Shown: piece by piece, positions 1 to 14,325 of the stretch | Layout of the letters: the number at the start of each line of letters is the position of its first letter | How positions within the stretch are numbered: the first letter of the stretch is position 1 | NCBI GenBank assembly: GCA_951406725.2 | Contig: OX597825.1 | Span: 53,816,001-53,880,000, forward strand | Direction of reading: 5' to 3' | Source: Octopus vulgaris | Taxonomy: Eukaryota | DNA length: 64,000 nt | Program-made: the position numbers and the translations under genes | Notes under the pieces: model-generated | Databases searched by the model: none | The model's input: the letters and a program-made list of their open reading frames with translations, nothing else | What the model was told of the DNA's origin: nothing

Positions 1-127
1 TGACATATCTCAAATTCGAAAGGGAAATTCAGTGCAGTACCGCAAAGAAAAGATTATTATGGCTTCTGCTAAAAGGAGACGCTGAACAGGTATGATGTTT
101 TTAGAATATTTACCAAAAGTAAGAATG

Positions 128-530
128 CTTTCTCCACGGTAACTGCGCTGAATTTGCTTTTAACAGTGAAAATATGCTACAAACATATTTTAACTCACCT
201 ATAACTCGTTTATAATACATTAATGCTTGACGCTAATACCATTATAAATATTCTGACCAGGCTGTCCACAACTGTTCTAACTCATTGCTATCGTCTGTTC
301 TAAGATAAAAGTACGTCTTTACTATCTGTTTATGGTTGTGTCTTGTGGGTATCTCCTGGCTAATGAGCAAGAGATGTCTTTGGTAGTCCGCTAGAGGAAG
401 ACATATAGCAGATATGGGGTTTTACTCATTTTATCAGAAGCGAAATTTTTTTTTCCTCCGTGGTAACTCCATTGAATTTGTCTTTAGAAGTTAAAATATA
501 TCAGAAACATACTTTAACTGACCTAAATTC
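128..530 (+). repeat. Two direct copies (128-207, 447-530) of an unclassified ~80-bp hairpin-containing repeat
   Basis: TTCTCCACGGTAACTGCGCTGAATTTG...CATATTTTAACTCACC aligns by eye with TCCTCCGTGGTAACTCCATTGAATTTG...CATACTTTAACTGACC; a third copy lies on the minus strand at 20801-20880. Confidence 0.7.
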
Positions 531-551
531 ATGTGTGTGTGTGTGTGTGTT

Positions 552-583
<32 letters not shown>

Positions 584-859
584 CGCGCGCGCATACAGGC
601 ACACGCATACATACACATGTAATATTTTTAGATATATATATGAGTTGCAAAGGAATAGTATGTTCTTTTATAATGCAACAGTCGAAGTATTAAAATGTGT
701 ATGGAGTTGTAAAGTATAAATTACGAACATTGCAGTGCAATAAATTGGTATTTCGATATTATTTTATACATGGCAGGTAAAATATTTTAACTTCATAAGT
801 TTGAATGTTGCCGTAAGCTATATAAGTTTTCGTATTAATATATATGTATATATAATTTC

Positions 860-1560
860 TTTTTTAAATGGAATAAGAACGTAACGGACAATTAAAGCAT
901 ACGGACAGATAGACGATACAAAGACAGACAGGAAAAACCAGGATGGGTCATCTGCGGCCCTCTATTCATCAGTGAAGCTTGCAATTAACATTACAGTTTC
1001 AGCCTGTTACACTTCAGACTATTCAAAACTGGTAACCCCACCCCACAAAAAATCTAAGATAAGGGCATTAACGTTTTGGAAGAAAGCAGGCGAATGTGTA
1101 CAGCACAGACAAAAAAATAACGGAGAAGATTACAAAGACAAACAACAAAAGAAAAACAAAATGTGTCTTTTGACTAATAAAGACAAGTTAAGTTCAGCTG
1201 GCGTGAGGAGTGAAAGCCTTGTAGCGCAAACATAGAGGAAATTCTGAACACAGAAAATCAAGGTGTTGCACGGGTACAGGTCAGGCCAAGAAGGAAAGAT
1301 CATACTTGGCCGAACACCGGTCACGTGGAAGGAGTAGAGAGAGGTAGGGGCAAATTGAAGAATTAGGGAAGAGAGAATGTGAGAGAGACACAGAAAAAAC
1401 GTACATATGAGATAATGAAGGAAAGTAGAAAGTTTAACGAAAGAGAATGCCAAGCAACGTGTGAGATGGGAAGCGAGAAAAAGGAAGAAGGAAAGGAAGA
1501 AGACAGTATAAGGGGGACTAAACGAAGGAGAAATAAAAGTTATACAGAATTTAGATACAT
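860..1560 (-). mobile_element. Penelope-type terminal-repeat-like element, family A (diverged copy)
   Basis: Collinear similarity to 2965-3310 (GACGATACAAAGACA...GGATGGGTCA...GGAAGAAAGCAG); CTGATGA on the minus strand at 966-972; purine-rich body; PLE assignment is inference. Confidence 0.5.
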
Positions 1561-2853
1561 ATTTACTTACAAGCATATATATTGCACCTGTCATGTATAT
1601 ATATGTGTGTGTGTATCTATGTATGTATCTCTATATATATAAAACTGAGAATGTGTGTCTGTCTGTCTGTGAGTGTGTTTCCCTAAAACTTGAGAACTAC
1701 ACAACCAATTCCATACAAATTTTACACATGCATTACTAAGGGTCCATGTAGTTTCATGGGCAAAAATAATGTTCAACTTCTTGCCTAGGGCGAGGTCACA
1801 GCAATGTCATATCTTCTGCACTATTTCAGTATTACGCGTTAAAAGTGAAACAAAAACATCTCTCTATTGTATGTATATGGATGTATATATATATATATTA
1901 CAGAATATAAATTTATATCTTGAGATCGTTAGTGACAACAACGCTCAAAATATATAACAGACTGGAATAGTAGTGCTCAAATGAGCTGTATACACTTTTT
2001 AATCCAAGGGGAGGCAATGCGAGCAGCAACTACAAGAGCACTACAAAATCCACAGAAAGATCAAACACATACATATATTCATATATTCATTTATATCTAC
2101 AGAACAGATATAAAGCCCGACGTTTAGAAATATATAGTAATATACAAATATATAAACATCATATAAAAATATATTGTACGCATAAGATCCACTTGACGTT
2201 CCATAAGAAATTTAGAAATAAAAATAGCAATAAAAGTTAGAGGTAATAATAACAATTGAATTAAATATAGTAGTAATTGAAATAAAACTAAAGTATGGTA
2301 ATTAAATCGTAATATAACAATTAAAAGAAAAAAAATAGCAATTAGTATAAAATGTATCAAGGACTTGAACACGAATATGTGGCTTTGCATGAATGGGAGA
2401 AATTAAAAGATTAAAAATTTAATTGAGTGCAGAAGTGAATTAGTCCAGATGGAGCTGTGCGCATGCCATTTACTATAGCTGCTAGATTGAATTATATGCT
2501 TATAAAGTAGCATTCAGTATCTATGAGAATTTTGGGGAGTACGTAATGTCTGGTCTTTCGCATGTAGCCGGTATGTCATTGTGCATTTGTTTCCATGTAC
2601 TATGTGTTTTGTGTAAAAAACATCTTGACGAGGGGATGTCAATTTTAAATATATGATATGTTTCATATTAATTCGTGCATGAAATTTTATGTATTTTTGT
2701 AAATTTGTATATTTATCTTCTATGTATTTTTCTGTGGAATTTTAATTCGTCTTTTTAATATGTCATTGTATGAGTTATTACCACAAATTTTTAATTTAAC
2801 GAATTTATACCAAACTAGCACTATGACCCGGCGTTGCCGGGTCATAATGTTAG

Positions 2854-2885
<32 letters not shown>

Positions 2886-2964
2886 CATATATAGAGGGAG
2901 AGAATGGGAGAGAGGGAGCGAGAGAGAGAGGCCAAAGTGCACTATGCCGCTATATTTCATATAT

Positions 2965-3965
2965 AAAATATACAAAAATGGGACAAGAACGCAAAACATC
3001 CTGTCAGACGATACAAAGACAACAAGGATGGGTCATTCGGAATTTAATATCTAAGTTTAGTTCCAGATTATCTTTGCAATTCTGGCTGGTTATACTCGAG
3101 ATTGCTCCAATCTGGCTAGCCCCAAAGAAGAACTAAGCTAAGAGCATTAGATTCCTTGGAAGAAAGCAGCGAAAATAATGAAAACAAGGACGGAAAAAAA
3201 TAGAAATGTTAAACGAATACAAAGACAATTAACAGGACATAACAACAATTGTCTTTCGACTAAGGACTTAAATTAAACTGGAATGTGTTGAACTAAAGCC
3301 TTACAGCAGGGACTTCATTCATTCCACTCTTCGTTCTTTCGTCCCCCTCTCACATTTCCTGGCCTTCTCTTCATGTTCACTTTCCCTCCGCTTTCACTTC
3401 ACTGTCTTTCATTTTTTCTCACCCCTCCTTGATTCTTCTATCCTTCTGTCTCTACCTCTCCCTCTTCTCTCCCCCATGACTGGTGTTGGACCAGGCCTGA
3501 CCTTTCTTTTTTGGTTCGACTACCATCCACGCAACATCTGTATTCCTCCCTGTGTCTGTAAAATCTTATGTCTCTGTCGTAGTGCTTTACTTCCACACAC
3601 GCCAGTTTAATTTAAATCGCCCTTACTCGAATGACACCTGTTGTTATTTCCTGGCAATTGCCTTTGTATTTGCGCAACATTTCTCTGTTTTTTTATTTCG
3701 CCCTTGTTTTCGTATACATTCACTGCTTTCTTCCATGGAATCTAATGGTCTTAGCTTAGTTTTTCCTTGGGGCTGACCAGATTGGTGCAATCTCGAGTAT
3801 AACCAGCCGAAATTGCAAAGATAATCTGGAACTCGACTGAGGATAGAAAACTCCGAATAACCCGTCCTTGTTTTCTTTGTATCTTTTGTCTGGATATTTT
3901 GTTATCCTTTTTTTGTATTAGCTAACTGTCTGGATGTTTTGTGTTCTTGTCCCATTTTTGTATAT
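2965..3965. mobile_element. Fold-back element, family A: ~350-bp arms in inverted orientation (2965-3310 and 3560-3965)
   Basis: TTCCAGATTATCTTTGCAATT...GGTTATACTCGAGATTGC is mirrored by GCAATCTCGAGTATAACCAGCCGAAATTGCAAAGATAATCTGGAA; right arm ends at a (TA)n tract. Confidence 0.75.
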
Positions 3966-3984
3966 ATATATGCATATATAGGTA

Positions 3985-5325
3985 CAATTGTGTAAACAAC
4001 ATGAAGCACAAAAACAAATGGGTTAGATACACCAACAACGAGAGAAAACAATGGAAAACAGGAGAAGTATCAAAAAGAATTACCCTTCATTAGTCGTAGA
4101 CTGTCTATCTACTCCTCATTTCGAGCATTCCACGACATTATAATTCTTCGAAGGCAGTTGCTGCCATAAATTCCAAAATAAAATTTTGGATTTATGGAGG
4201 GTTAAAGTTGGGACAAAACAGGACAGTGGAGACACACAAGGAAACCGAACACAAGAAAACATGGAGGTGCGTTAGACCGGAACAAGTGGAAAATGTTGAA
4301 TGCTGGGAGCAATACTTTCTTTGAAATGAGAAAAGATAGAAGAGAGAGATAGATAATGTCCAATCCTTTAAATGTCGTGCAGGAAAAGAAAGATTGTCAC
4401 ATGAGGAAAAGAAAGATGAACGATGGTGACGTGTGAGCAACGAGAGGGAGAGAAAAAGAGAAAGAAGGGGATAGAGAGACAGATAGAAAACAGCGAAGGG
4501 GAGAAGAAGGAATTAGATAAGGATGGTGGAGAAAACAGTATAGAGTAGAGTCGCATCAAAAAGGTTAAGATAAACTTTCTTGGAAATGGATGCGTAACGT
4601 TCAATAAAATAATAATATAAATAATATATATGCATATATGTTACAGGACGTCACCAACTGTGTGAACAATATGAAATACGAAAACAATAATAGTAAAGTA
4701 ATACAAAGAACGACCCTTCAACGTTTGTCGGCTGTCTATCTGCTACTCATTTCGAGCATTCAACGGCAATGAGTCTATACTGTTTTCTCCTCCATCCTTC
4801 CCTAATTCCCTTTTCTCCCTTTCACCGTTTTCTGTCCTTCTCTCCCCCTCTTTTTCTTTTTCTCTCTCTCGCTGCCCACACGTAACCATCGTTCATCTTT
4901 CTTTTCCTCACGTGACAATCTATCTTTTCCTGCACGACGTACTAAGTACTGCACGTTTTCTCTCTCTTCTATATTTTCTCTTATCAAAGAAAATATTTCT
5001 CTCAGCGTTCACTATTTACCTCTCGCTCTGGTATGATGCTTATTTTCGTTCGGCTTCCTTGTATGTCTCCGCTGTCCTGTTTTCATTCCCAACTTTGACC
5101 CTCCATAAATCCAAAATTTTATTTTGGAATTTATGGGAGCAATATTGTTCGAAGACTCATATTGTTGCTGAATGCTCGGAATGAGGGTAGAAAGACAGCC
5201 AACAACTGATGAAGAGGTGTTCTTTGTGCTACTTGTCCTGTTTTCCATTTTCTCTCTTTGTTTGTATATTTAACTCGTTTATTTACGTACTTCATGATGG
5301 TTACACAGTTGTTGACGTCCTATAC
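3985..5325. mobile_element. Fold-back element, family B: long arm 3985-4545, short direct copy 4640-4775, inverted long arm 4776-5325
   Basis: GGAAAAGAAAGATGAACGATGG versus CCATCGTTCATCTTTCTTTTCC; shared internal hairpin CCATAAATTCCAAAATAAAATTTTGGATTTATGG; mixed direct and inverted termini are typical of PLEs. Confidence 0.75.
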
Positions 5326-5345
5326 GCATCCATTTCTAAGCAAAT

Positions 5346-5383
<38 letters not shown>

Positions 5384-6491
5384 ACACACACACACACATA
5401 CACACACATATATATATAGAGAGAGAGAGAAAGAAAGAGAGAGAAAGAGAATGAGAGAAAGAGTGAAATAGAGAAAAAGAGAGGTAGATTTTATATAAAA
5501 ATATATGCATGTCAATATATGCTTCTACGTATATGTGAGCGTTTCCAGATGCGGTTGTTTGTGTGCGTGTGTTTGTGACAGTATTTTGTATTGAAATATA
5601 TCCTTCTATAATCCCATATGCGATTGTATCATTAATGTCTGTTATATAGTATGCTTATTCATATATACACGGATGGATGAGTGTTTACAAAAGCTTAATT
5701 TTGCAATCAGGAAGTGCCGGAGTCAATACTAGGAGGCAACTTAATATTTTATTTCTACCAAAACCCCGTATCAAATTCAACAAGTAAAATTGTAAAAAAA
5801 AAAAAATTATGGGATGGTTTTAGTATTCCACATATGAACAATAAAGTCAGTTGTTAGAATTTTCTAGCAGGATAAGCAGTGCTTTGTTATATTTTTCAAA
5901 GTGCGATTATTGTGGAGAGAACAAATTTCTCCAAGGGTGAAATGTCTGTATGATGATGTCTGTGCATGCTTTGCTAGGCAGATATATGTATGAATGGTTT
6001 TATATATTTTACATCTTTTACTGGCAACCTGTTTTTGCCATTGGGTTGTGGCCATACTGGGGCACTGTCTTGAAGTAATTGAGACCAGTACATACTTAAT
6101 AAAGCCTATGAGAACATAAACAGACACTAAAATACACACGCATAGATATTATATTTATATATATACACACACACACATGCACACACACAGTCATATATAT
6201 ATACATATATATACATACATACATGCGACTTCATGTGTCAGAAGGCACGTGTCCCAGTAGTTAATATGTTTACATCAAATTATAAATGTTGTGGTTTCGA
6301 TTCTTGCATAGGGCAGTGTATGTTCTTGAGGAAGGTACATCGTTACAAGTTGTTCCAATCTACCCAACTGAAAATGAGTACCTGCAATGTTGTACATCTC
6401 TCATCTTCTACGGCTTGTCAAGTTTTGGATATGAATTGATTTTTCCATTCTATTCTACTGTCGTACATATATTCATGCATATACATAATAA

Positions 6492-6540
<49 letters not shown>

Positions 6541-7761
6541 ATATATATATACCAGGATGAATAATTCTTTCAATCAACAGAAAATTCCTCTTACAGGTCC
6601 CAAAATTTTATTTACTAGCAGGACCCTTGGAAATTCAACAGAGCGGAAAAGTGTAAGAGAAGCTATTTAAGCAAGAAACAATGATTTTCATTCCAATTAA
6701 TATTTTGCTAAGTTATTTCACTTCCAGTTACAATATTTGACATGATTTTAAAATTTCTCTTATCTAAGCACTTTATATTTTTCTCTTTCTCTTTACCTCT
6801 TCAAAAAACTCTATAACTATGTAATTCTCCTCTTCACATCTTTATCGTTTCTCTCTTTCTCTTCACATCTCACTTCCACTAAGTACATCAGTGACAGCAT
6901 ATTATATCGGCTGGTTATCTGCCCTCTCATTCACTCACACATTCTTTCTTCCTCTCTCTTATTTCACATCCTTCCTCCTATCTAACAAACTATATAGCGT
7001 AAAGTATGAATGAACAGGTAGAGAAATATATTTTAGATTTAGTTCAATATACTTTTTACAATCAACACACCACCACCACCACCATCTTCATTATAGTATT
7101 CAATAACAAATCTGATTACATTTCAGTTCAGTTCAGCTGTTTTTCTTGTTGTCGATGTATCTCAACCCTGATAATGCAAACTCTATCTGTCTCTCTCTCT
7201 CTCCCTCTCTCTCATTCTCATTTAAAGTAATTGCTTTCCCTGCCCATCTCTCTTTATCTGCCTTTCTTTAACCTCACCACAAAAACATCACACTCTGCTA
7301 AATATTGTATCCTTAAAATATCTCTTTCTCTTTACATTTCCTTTCCCCGCCATACCGCACGTCGTTAACACTTTCCTCTCCCTCTTTTCTCTCACCGACT
7401 ATTTCTCTAGCTCTTCACCACCTACTGTGGCTTCTTGGAAAAATATATTGGACAAACTATATTATCATTGCACAGGAAGAAGATGTTCCTAAACAATAGA
7501 TGAATTCTGGAAATTCCCCAAAATTACATTAAGTGGACAAATAGCAACGCTTGCTGGAAAGGAAATGCTGAATTTTAAAATATTTCCATTTGCAAATGCT
7601 CAGAACAAAAACAGAACAACAACGGATATCAAAGGGCGACGCCACGCCTTCAATTTCGCGTAAACAAAACCGTTCATTCAGCAACTCGGAGACCTTGAAA
7701 AATAAAAGGATTAGCACTGCGTTTTCCTCCTTGCGCACCCCCCCCCCACACACATACATAC

Positions 7762-7814
<53 letters not shown>

Positions 7815-8615
7815 GACGTACATATGCATGTGGATATGTATATATGTATGTATGTATGTATGTATTTGTTTATAAATACATTTTGCAGAATTGAGGAGTT
7901 TACCTCTCACGATGATTGTGCGAGTGTGCTCACAATTTTCAATCCTAAGTGAAATACATCATAAATGTTTCTAGCATCCGACTGAACTATATCACCATGT
8001 ATCCTCTCAGTAAACTGATTCCTCATGCGGTCCCTTTTGAATTATAAGGTATTCTGATACGCTGCATGTTTTCAGTGCATTGAAATAGGAAAGAATTTTT
8101 TGCATTCCTTCCAACTGCTTTTATCATTAATATGTTTCTATATGTATGTTTAGGTTTGTGTATGCGTGTTGCTTGTGTGTATGTGTATATGTCTGTGTAT
8201 ATGTATGTGCGTGGTTTTTAGTAGGTTGTAAAGATATCGTAGTGATAACATTCAGTTTTTATTGATTTTCTCAAAGCACAATCAACATCAACAACTAAAA
8301 TTACAACATCATCAGCGGGAAAAAATATGGCAAAAGAAAAATTAAAACAAGGAAATAGAAAGAAGATAAGGAATTTCAAATGAAACCATTGTTGTATTAT
8401 GCCTAAACCTTGCAGACACAAACTATGGTGCCAATATTTCCGGATGGTTGGTCCACATTTAACAAGTGAATGAACGCTAAGGGGATATAGCCAATAGTAA
8501 CACAGAATAGATTCTGAGAGAAGCCAACCATTTCCTGTTATGCTTGTCGTAGCAGTTATTCTGTTATTATTTTCATTATTACTATCATTGTAAATACCAT
8601 TATTCAATTATTATT

Positions 8616-8646
<31 letters not shown>

Positions 8647-9749
8647 GCATTATTATTATTATTATAAAATTGATGATAATAATAATATCATTATAATTAC
8701 TACTATATTTGATTATTCACATATTTTTGCTGTTGTCATTATTATTATTATCTTCATCATCATCATTATTGATATTCATTTTATTATTGGGAATAATTAT
8801 TATTGTTAGTATTCGTAAGTGCAACAGGGCTGGTAGTGCCAACAGTATCATAGATATCACCACCGTCATAAGCAACAGCAGCAGTAGTAGTATTAGTAGT
8901 AGTAGCAGTGGTTGTGGTGGACGGGATGCTAGCTATTTAAGCGAATCCAAACGCTATAAATATGGAGGAAGAATTATTTAAAATCTAGTCAAAAAATGTC
9001 AAAAGGTAAATCCAGAGATATAGAAATGTTGGCTAACTATATGCGTGTGTATGGATGTGTATGTATGTGTGTGCGCGTGTGTTTAAGTATGTATGCGAGA
9101 TGTTTGGATAAATTGTACATAGGGAGAACTGTGTTGTATTTATTTCAATATGTGCGCATTTGTTTTCAAACATATATTTATCTGAATATACACACACACG
9201 TTTTCTCACTCACTCTCCATTTCTCTCCTTCTCTCTCTCTCATTCCTTCTAACGCACACGCACGTGCATACACACTCATACATTCATAGAGCCATAGACA
9301 CCTTCATAAATTTCAGAAAGCCACGCTGATGCACACTATCACACACACATATATAAATACTTATACGCACGTACATATACATCTGAATGTATGCGCCTAT
9401 ATGCGTTTTTTATCGCTGTGTTTCTGTGTGCGCTCGTGTGCGTCTGCGTATGCGTGTGCTTGTGTATACACAAACATGTTTTCTTGTTTATTACATGTCA
9501 CAACCAAAATATTTCGTAGTTTCTAATTGTCGTTCTCGATCACAAACCCTGCAAGTAATAAATCAATATCGTCAGCAGAAGTATCCCCATCAACAAATTT
9601 TTCATCATCGCTTTTGCGTTTGTGTTGTCGTCGTCTCCATCATTATCGTCATCGGAATGTGTAGCTGCAGCATGGTAAATGTCGTTATGAAAATTATTTT
9701 GTGCATCACCCTTAACATTATTATTACTATTGTTGTTGTTGTTGTTGTT

Positions 9750-10300
9750 GAGTGAGTGAGAAAGCAGAGCGTGCCATCAAAGTGACACTTGCATAAAATA
9801 TACGAAGCCCAGTATACCCATCATGACTACCTGTCTACCAAACACATGTATCACAACCATATGTGCGCGACATGCTAATCCCATACATTGATAAATAGCG
9901 CATGACTTAGCAGTCAGGGACCAGTTACAATTTTCTTCAGGTCAAGTAGTCCCTCCCACTCACCTGGTCATTGAATAAAGGTTGTTTAAGGATATCAAAT
10001 GAAACACTGATGTTTCCATAGGTGAATTATTCAAACTCGAAAGAATTCCTCTCAAAACACGGTTATGGTGCTCCCCTACTACTTCTGCTCGTGACCAGAG
10101 ATGCACATATCGTCAGCAACCAAAGGACATGCTCAGCTGGTTAAAGTCAAACAACTGACAAGCACATCTGTGTTATTTTGCAAGATATTTGCTGCAGCCC
10201 ATCTTTTATACCAATGCAAAATAAAGTACATGAAAACATTTCCAATCGGTTAAGATCAGCAGCCACGGGAGCCACTGCCTGGTACTGCATCAGGACATTT
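9750..10300. mobile_element. ~550-bp non-coding interspersed element embedded in (GTT/ATT)n tracts
   Basis: Start GAGTGAGAAAGCAG...GCCATCAAAGTGACACT recurs at 61096, also after (ATT)n; trinucleotide tracts on both flanks. Confidence 0.7.
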
Positions 10301-10316
10301 ATTATTATTATTTTTA

Positions 10317-10368
<52 letters not shown>

Positions 10369-10396
10369 CGATATATTCATTTTGATACTTCATGAA

Positions 10397-10595
10397 AGCG
10401 GCGAGCTGGCAGAATATCTAACACGCTGGACGAAATACTCAGCCGTATTTCGCCCGTTGCTACGTCCGTAGTTCAAATTCCGCCGAGGTCGACTTTGCCT
10501 TTCATGCTTTCGGGGTTGATAAATTAAGTACCAGTCAAGTACTGAGGTCGATCTGATCAACTGTCTTCCTCCTTGTGCCTATAGTAGAACATATT
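10397..10595 (+). mobile_element. tRNA-derived SINE with Nin-like core
   Basis: Head GCGGCGAGCTGGCAGAA, B-box GTTCAAATTCC, core GTCGACTTTGCCTTTCAT...GATAAATTAAGTACCAG, (ATT)n tail. Confidence 0.85.
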
Positions 10596-10635
10596 ATTAT
10601 TATCATTATTGTTATATTTATATTTATATTTCATT

Positions 10636-10815
10636 AAGCCCGTGAGCTGCTAGAATCGTTCGCTTAGCAGTATTTCGTCATTCCGTTCTGAGTTGAAATT
10701 TCGCCACGACCATTTTGGCTTACATAAAATAAGTACCAGTTGAGTATCGATGTATTATTTCACTCAATCCCCTTCTCTGAAGTTGCTGGCCTCGTGAAAA
10801 ATTTCAAGACATTAT
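10636..10815 (+). mobile_element. Second, more decayed tandem copy of the Nin-core SINE
   Basis: GAGCTGCTAGAATCGTT...GAGTTGAAATT...AAAATAAGTACCAGTTGAG. Confidence 0.7.
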
Positions 10816-11417
10816 TACTATTATTATCATTATCGCCATTATTGTCATTGTGCTTATTATCATTACTATTCTTTTAATAATTTTTTATCACATATTTTAC
10901 TCCTCACATTGCTTTTGTGGTTACTGTTCTTTAACAACCGTCACGTTTGGCAGAGCTCAACAGAAGATATATTATTCTGAGATTGTCTCGTGAAGAAAAA
11001 AAAAGTAATGTTACAACAATTTGTTGAGAACATATATTTTGCGTTCTTTCATAGTGGTGAAATATGTTTACATCTACTGTAATGGGAGGATGTGCTTGAC
11101 AGAAAGGCTGTAGCAGCAAAGACGTTCCCAAGAGTTTAGAAAAAGAAATATAAAAAAGTAAAAAAGGAAACATACAAAGGGAGGCTCAAAGAGCTACAAT
11201 TAGAGGAGAGGAAACAAAAAATAATCGGACAAACCATGCTTTGCTAGCGATGCAAATAAAAAGAAATATTGGACATCGATCACAGCCCCACTGTGTGTGT
11301 ATGTGTGTGTGTGAGCGCGCGCGCGTGTATGTGTGCATACACATAGAGAGAGACATATATACATATATTATATGTCCCAGTTTGTATTTTTGTAGCATAT
11401 ATATATATATATATATA

Positions 11418-11620
11418 TGACCGCGTGTGTAACGTTGGCGATTGTTTTTCCTCCGTCTTCCCTCCTCTGGATCTTTCCTTTTCCTATGTTTCTGACGAAG
11501 AGCTCCGCTCGAAACGTAAAACCCTCCTTCTTCCCTTCCTTCCTGAGCGTCCAATAATATTATATTTGTTCCGCGTCCTCGCGTTGCTGTGTTTTCTCTT
11601 TGTGTTTTCATGTTTGGTCA
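11418..11620 (+). mobile_element. ~200-bp hammerhead-carrying element (family C) next to (TA)n
   Basis: Contains the hammerhead at 11488-11522 and the downstream TTCCTGAGCG motif shared with 20033-20237 and, as a variant, 50226-50460. Confidence 0.65.
11488..11522 (+). ncRNA. Minimal type I hammerhead ribozyme motif
   Basis: GUUU-CUGACGA-A-GAGC-UCC-GCUC-GAAAC-GUA-AAAC: both core boxes, 4-bp stem II, 4-bp stem I, palindromic ACGU stem III. Confidence 0.65.
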
Positions 11621-11624
11621 TGAT

Positions 11625-11862
11625 AGGCAGGCAGTCGCCAATCCATACTTGTTTCTTCTCTCCACGCCACCAGTGTAACCCAAGGCAAAAGCAAAGGCTG
11701 ATACTGTTTGGCACCGGCGACGCATTTCTACTGCTGAGTGAACTGGAGAAACGTGAACTAAAGTGTCTTGCTTAAGAACACAATACAGAGCCTGGTCAGG
11801 GAATCGAACCCACTATCTCATGGTTGTTACCCCGATGCTGTATCCATTGAATCATGCCCCTT
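11625..11862 (-). mobile_element. tRNA-derived SINE of a different family
   Basis: Minus-strand B-box GGTTCGATTCCC followed by TGTGTTCTTAAGCAAGACACTTT...CTCCAGTTCACTCAGC core. Confidence 0.7.
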
Positions 11863-12017
11863 CATACACATACACACACACACAAATATATATATATATA
11901 GAGAGAGAGAGAAAGAGAGAAAGAGAGGGGGGATAGATAGATATTTACACACACACATATATCGATATAAATAAGATGTAAATATTTATATATGCATATA
12001 TATGTACGTATCAGTAT

Positions 12018-12541
<524 letters not shown>

Positions 12542-12649
12542 GTATACACATATATATACATATATATAGAGAGAGAAATACAGATAGATAGATATACATA
12601 TATATTTATATATATATATATGTGTGTGTTTGTATATATATAGACACAC

Positions 12650-12684
<35 letters not shown>

Positions 12685-12770
12685 TTGAAGGGAATTATAG
12701 ATATCGTATATTTAGAATATAAGGGAGTCTATAAATGTTGGATGATTTATATCTATATATATATATATAT

Positions 12771-12863
<93 letters not shown>

Positions 12864-14149
12864 CATATATATACATATATATATCGTTATCGGATTTCTA
12901 AAAAGGTGGTTTAGATATACATTTCTTGTTCTTTTTATATTGCCAAGTAAGGGAGAAGAAAGGAGGAAAATGTTTGAGAAGATGGTGAAGGTAAAGAGGT
13001 GTGGCTTTTGCATTGGTATGTTGAGATTTGTTTGTTCAATACTTAGTGACCTTGTTGTGTGGGGAGGGAAAATAATTTTTGTATTTGAATTGGTCAATGT
13101 TTTGGGTTGAAAAACATGTTTTTTACTTTCTACAGTAAAATTAATCGCAATTCCATGTCGTATATATTCTTTTCTATTCATTAATGAATCTTGAATTTGT
13201 TTGGCCAAATTTGTTTGATTGCGGTTCAATACTTAGTGGTCATTTGAGTGAGAAGGGAAAGGAAAATTTATGGAAGTCAAAGTTGTTTTTTTCTTAAATC
13301 AGATGTTGATTTTGACATTCTTCAGTAAGAATTATAACTGGATCTCCAGGTCTCGTTTTTTTTAAATATTCTTTTGTATTCATTAAAGAATGGTATTATG
13401 GTAAATTCTAAATGGTAAATTCTAAATGTCTTCCATTGAGTTATTTTTGAAAGTGTGACTTTTTAGTACACTATACACTCACATTGCAATTATAACGATA
13501 AATAAATAAATAAGAATAAATGAGTGAATACATTTTTAATCTTACAGCTGTTCTCACTTTGGGGATCCAGCATTCCAAAATGTATATATATATATAAAAA
13601 TACAAACAAGCTTAAAGACATCTATATATATATATACTTGTTCATGTTATGTACACATACAAACACCACACATACATAAGTACATATTATGATTTCTTTT
13701 TAATAATTAGTTAATATACTTAGATTTATCTCTTACTAAATAAACTTGGTATGTTTTCGCTATTTTGCCACTACTCTTGATTTTTGTCCGAGTACTTGTC
13801 TTTCAGTTTGCAAAATGTAATCTTAAAAAGCAACACACGATGCGGTCAAAATTATATTTCCAAATTCAGCTACTTTGATTGATTTTTTCTTCATATATAT
13901 ATACATATATACATATATCGAGACACACACACATACACACTCACACTCACACATACACATATATAAGGCGTACTGCCAGAATCATTAGTGCGATTATATA
14001 TATATAAATATATGTTTGTATATATATAAAGATATATATGTGTATATATATATATATGCATATATATATATATACACATATATATATATCTGTATATATG
14101 CGTGGAGTTGAGTGTGTGTACACATAAATACTTATGTATGCATGTATGT

Positions 14150-14259
14150 CCTTGTTCAGTTTTATTTGAAGGTCTCTTATCAAAAGAGGAGCTAGTTTCA
14201 AACCTAGATCCAGGGCTCCTTCATTGAAATTTCAACATCAATTACAGTGTATTTTTGCT

Positions 14260-14325
<66 letters not shown>

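Noticed and set aside
12885-13450. Diverged ~190-bp tandem pair (13038-13196 and 13228-13392) and ORF 12753-13229
   Set aside because: Probably a retroelement terminus, but too decayed to classify; the ORF runs into (TA)n
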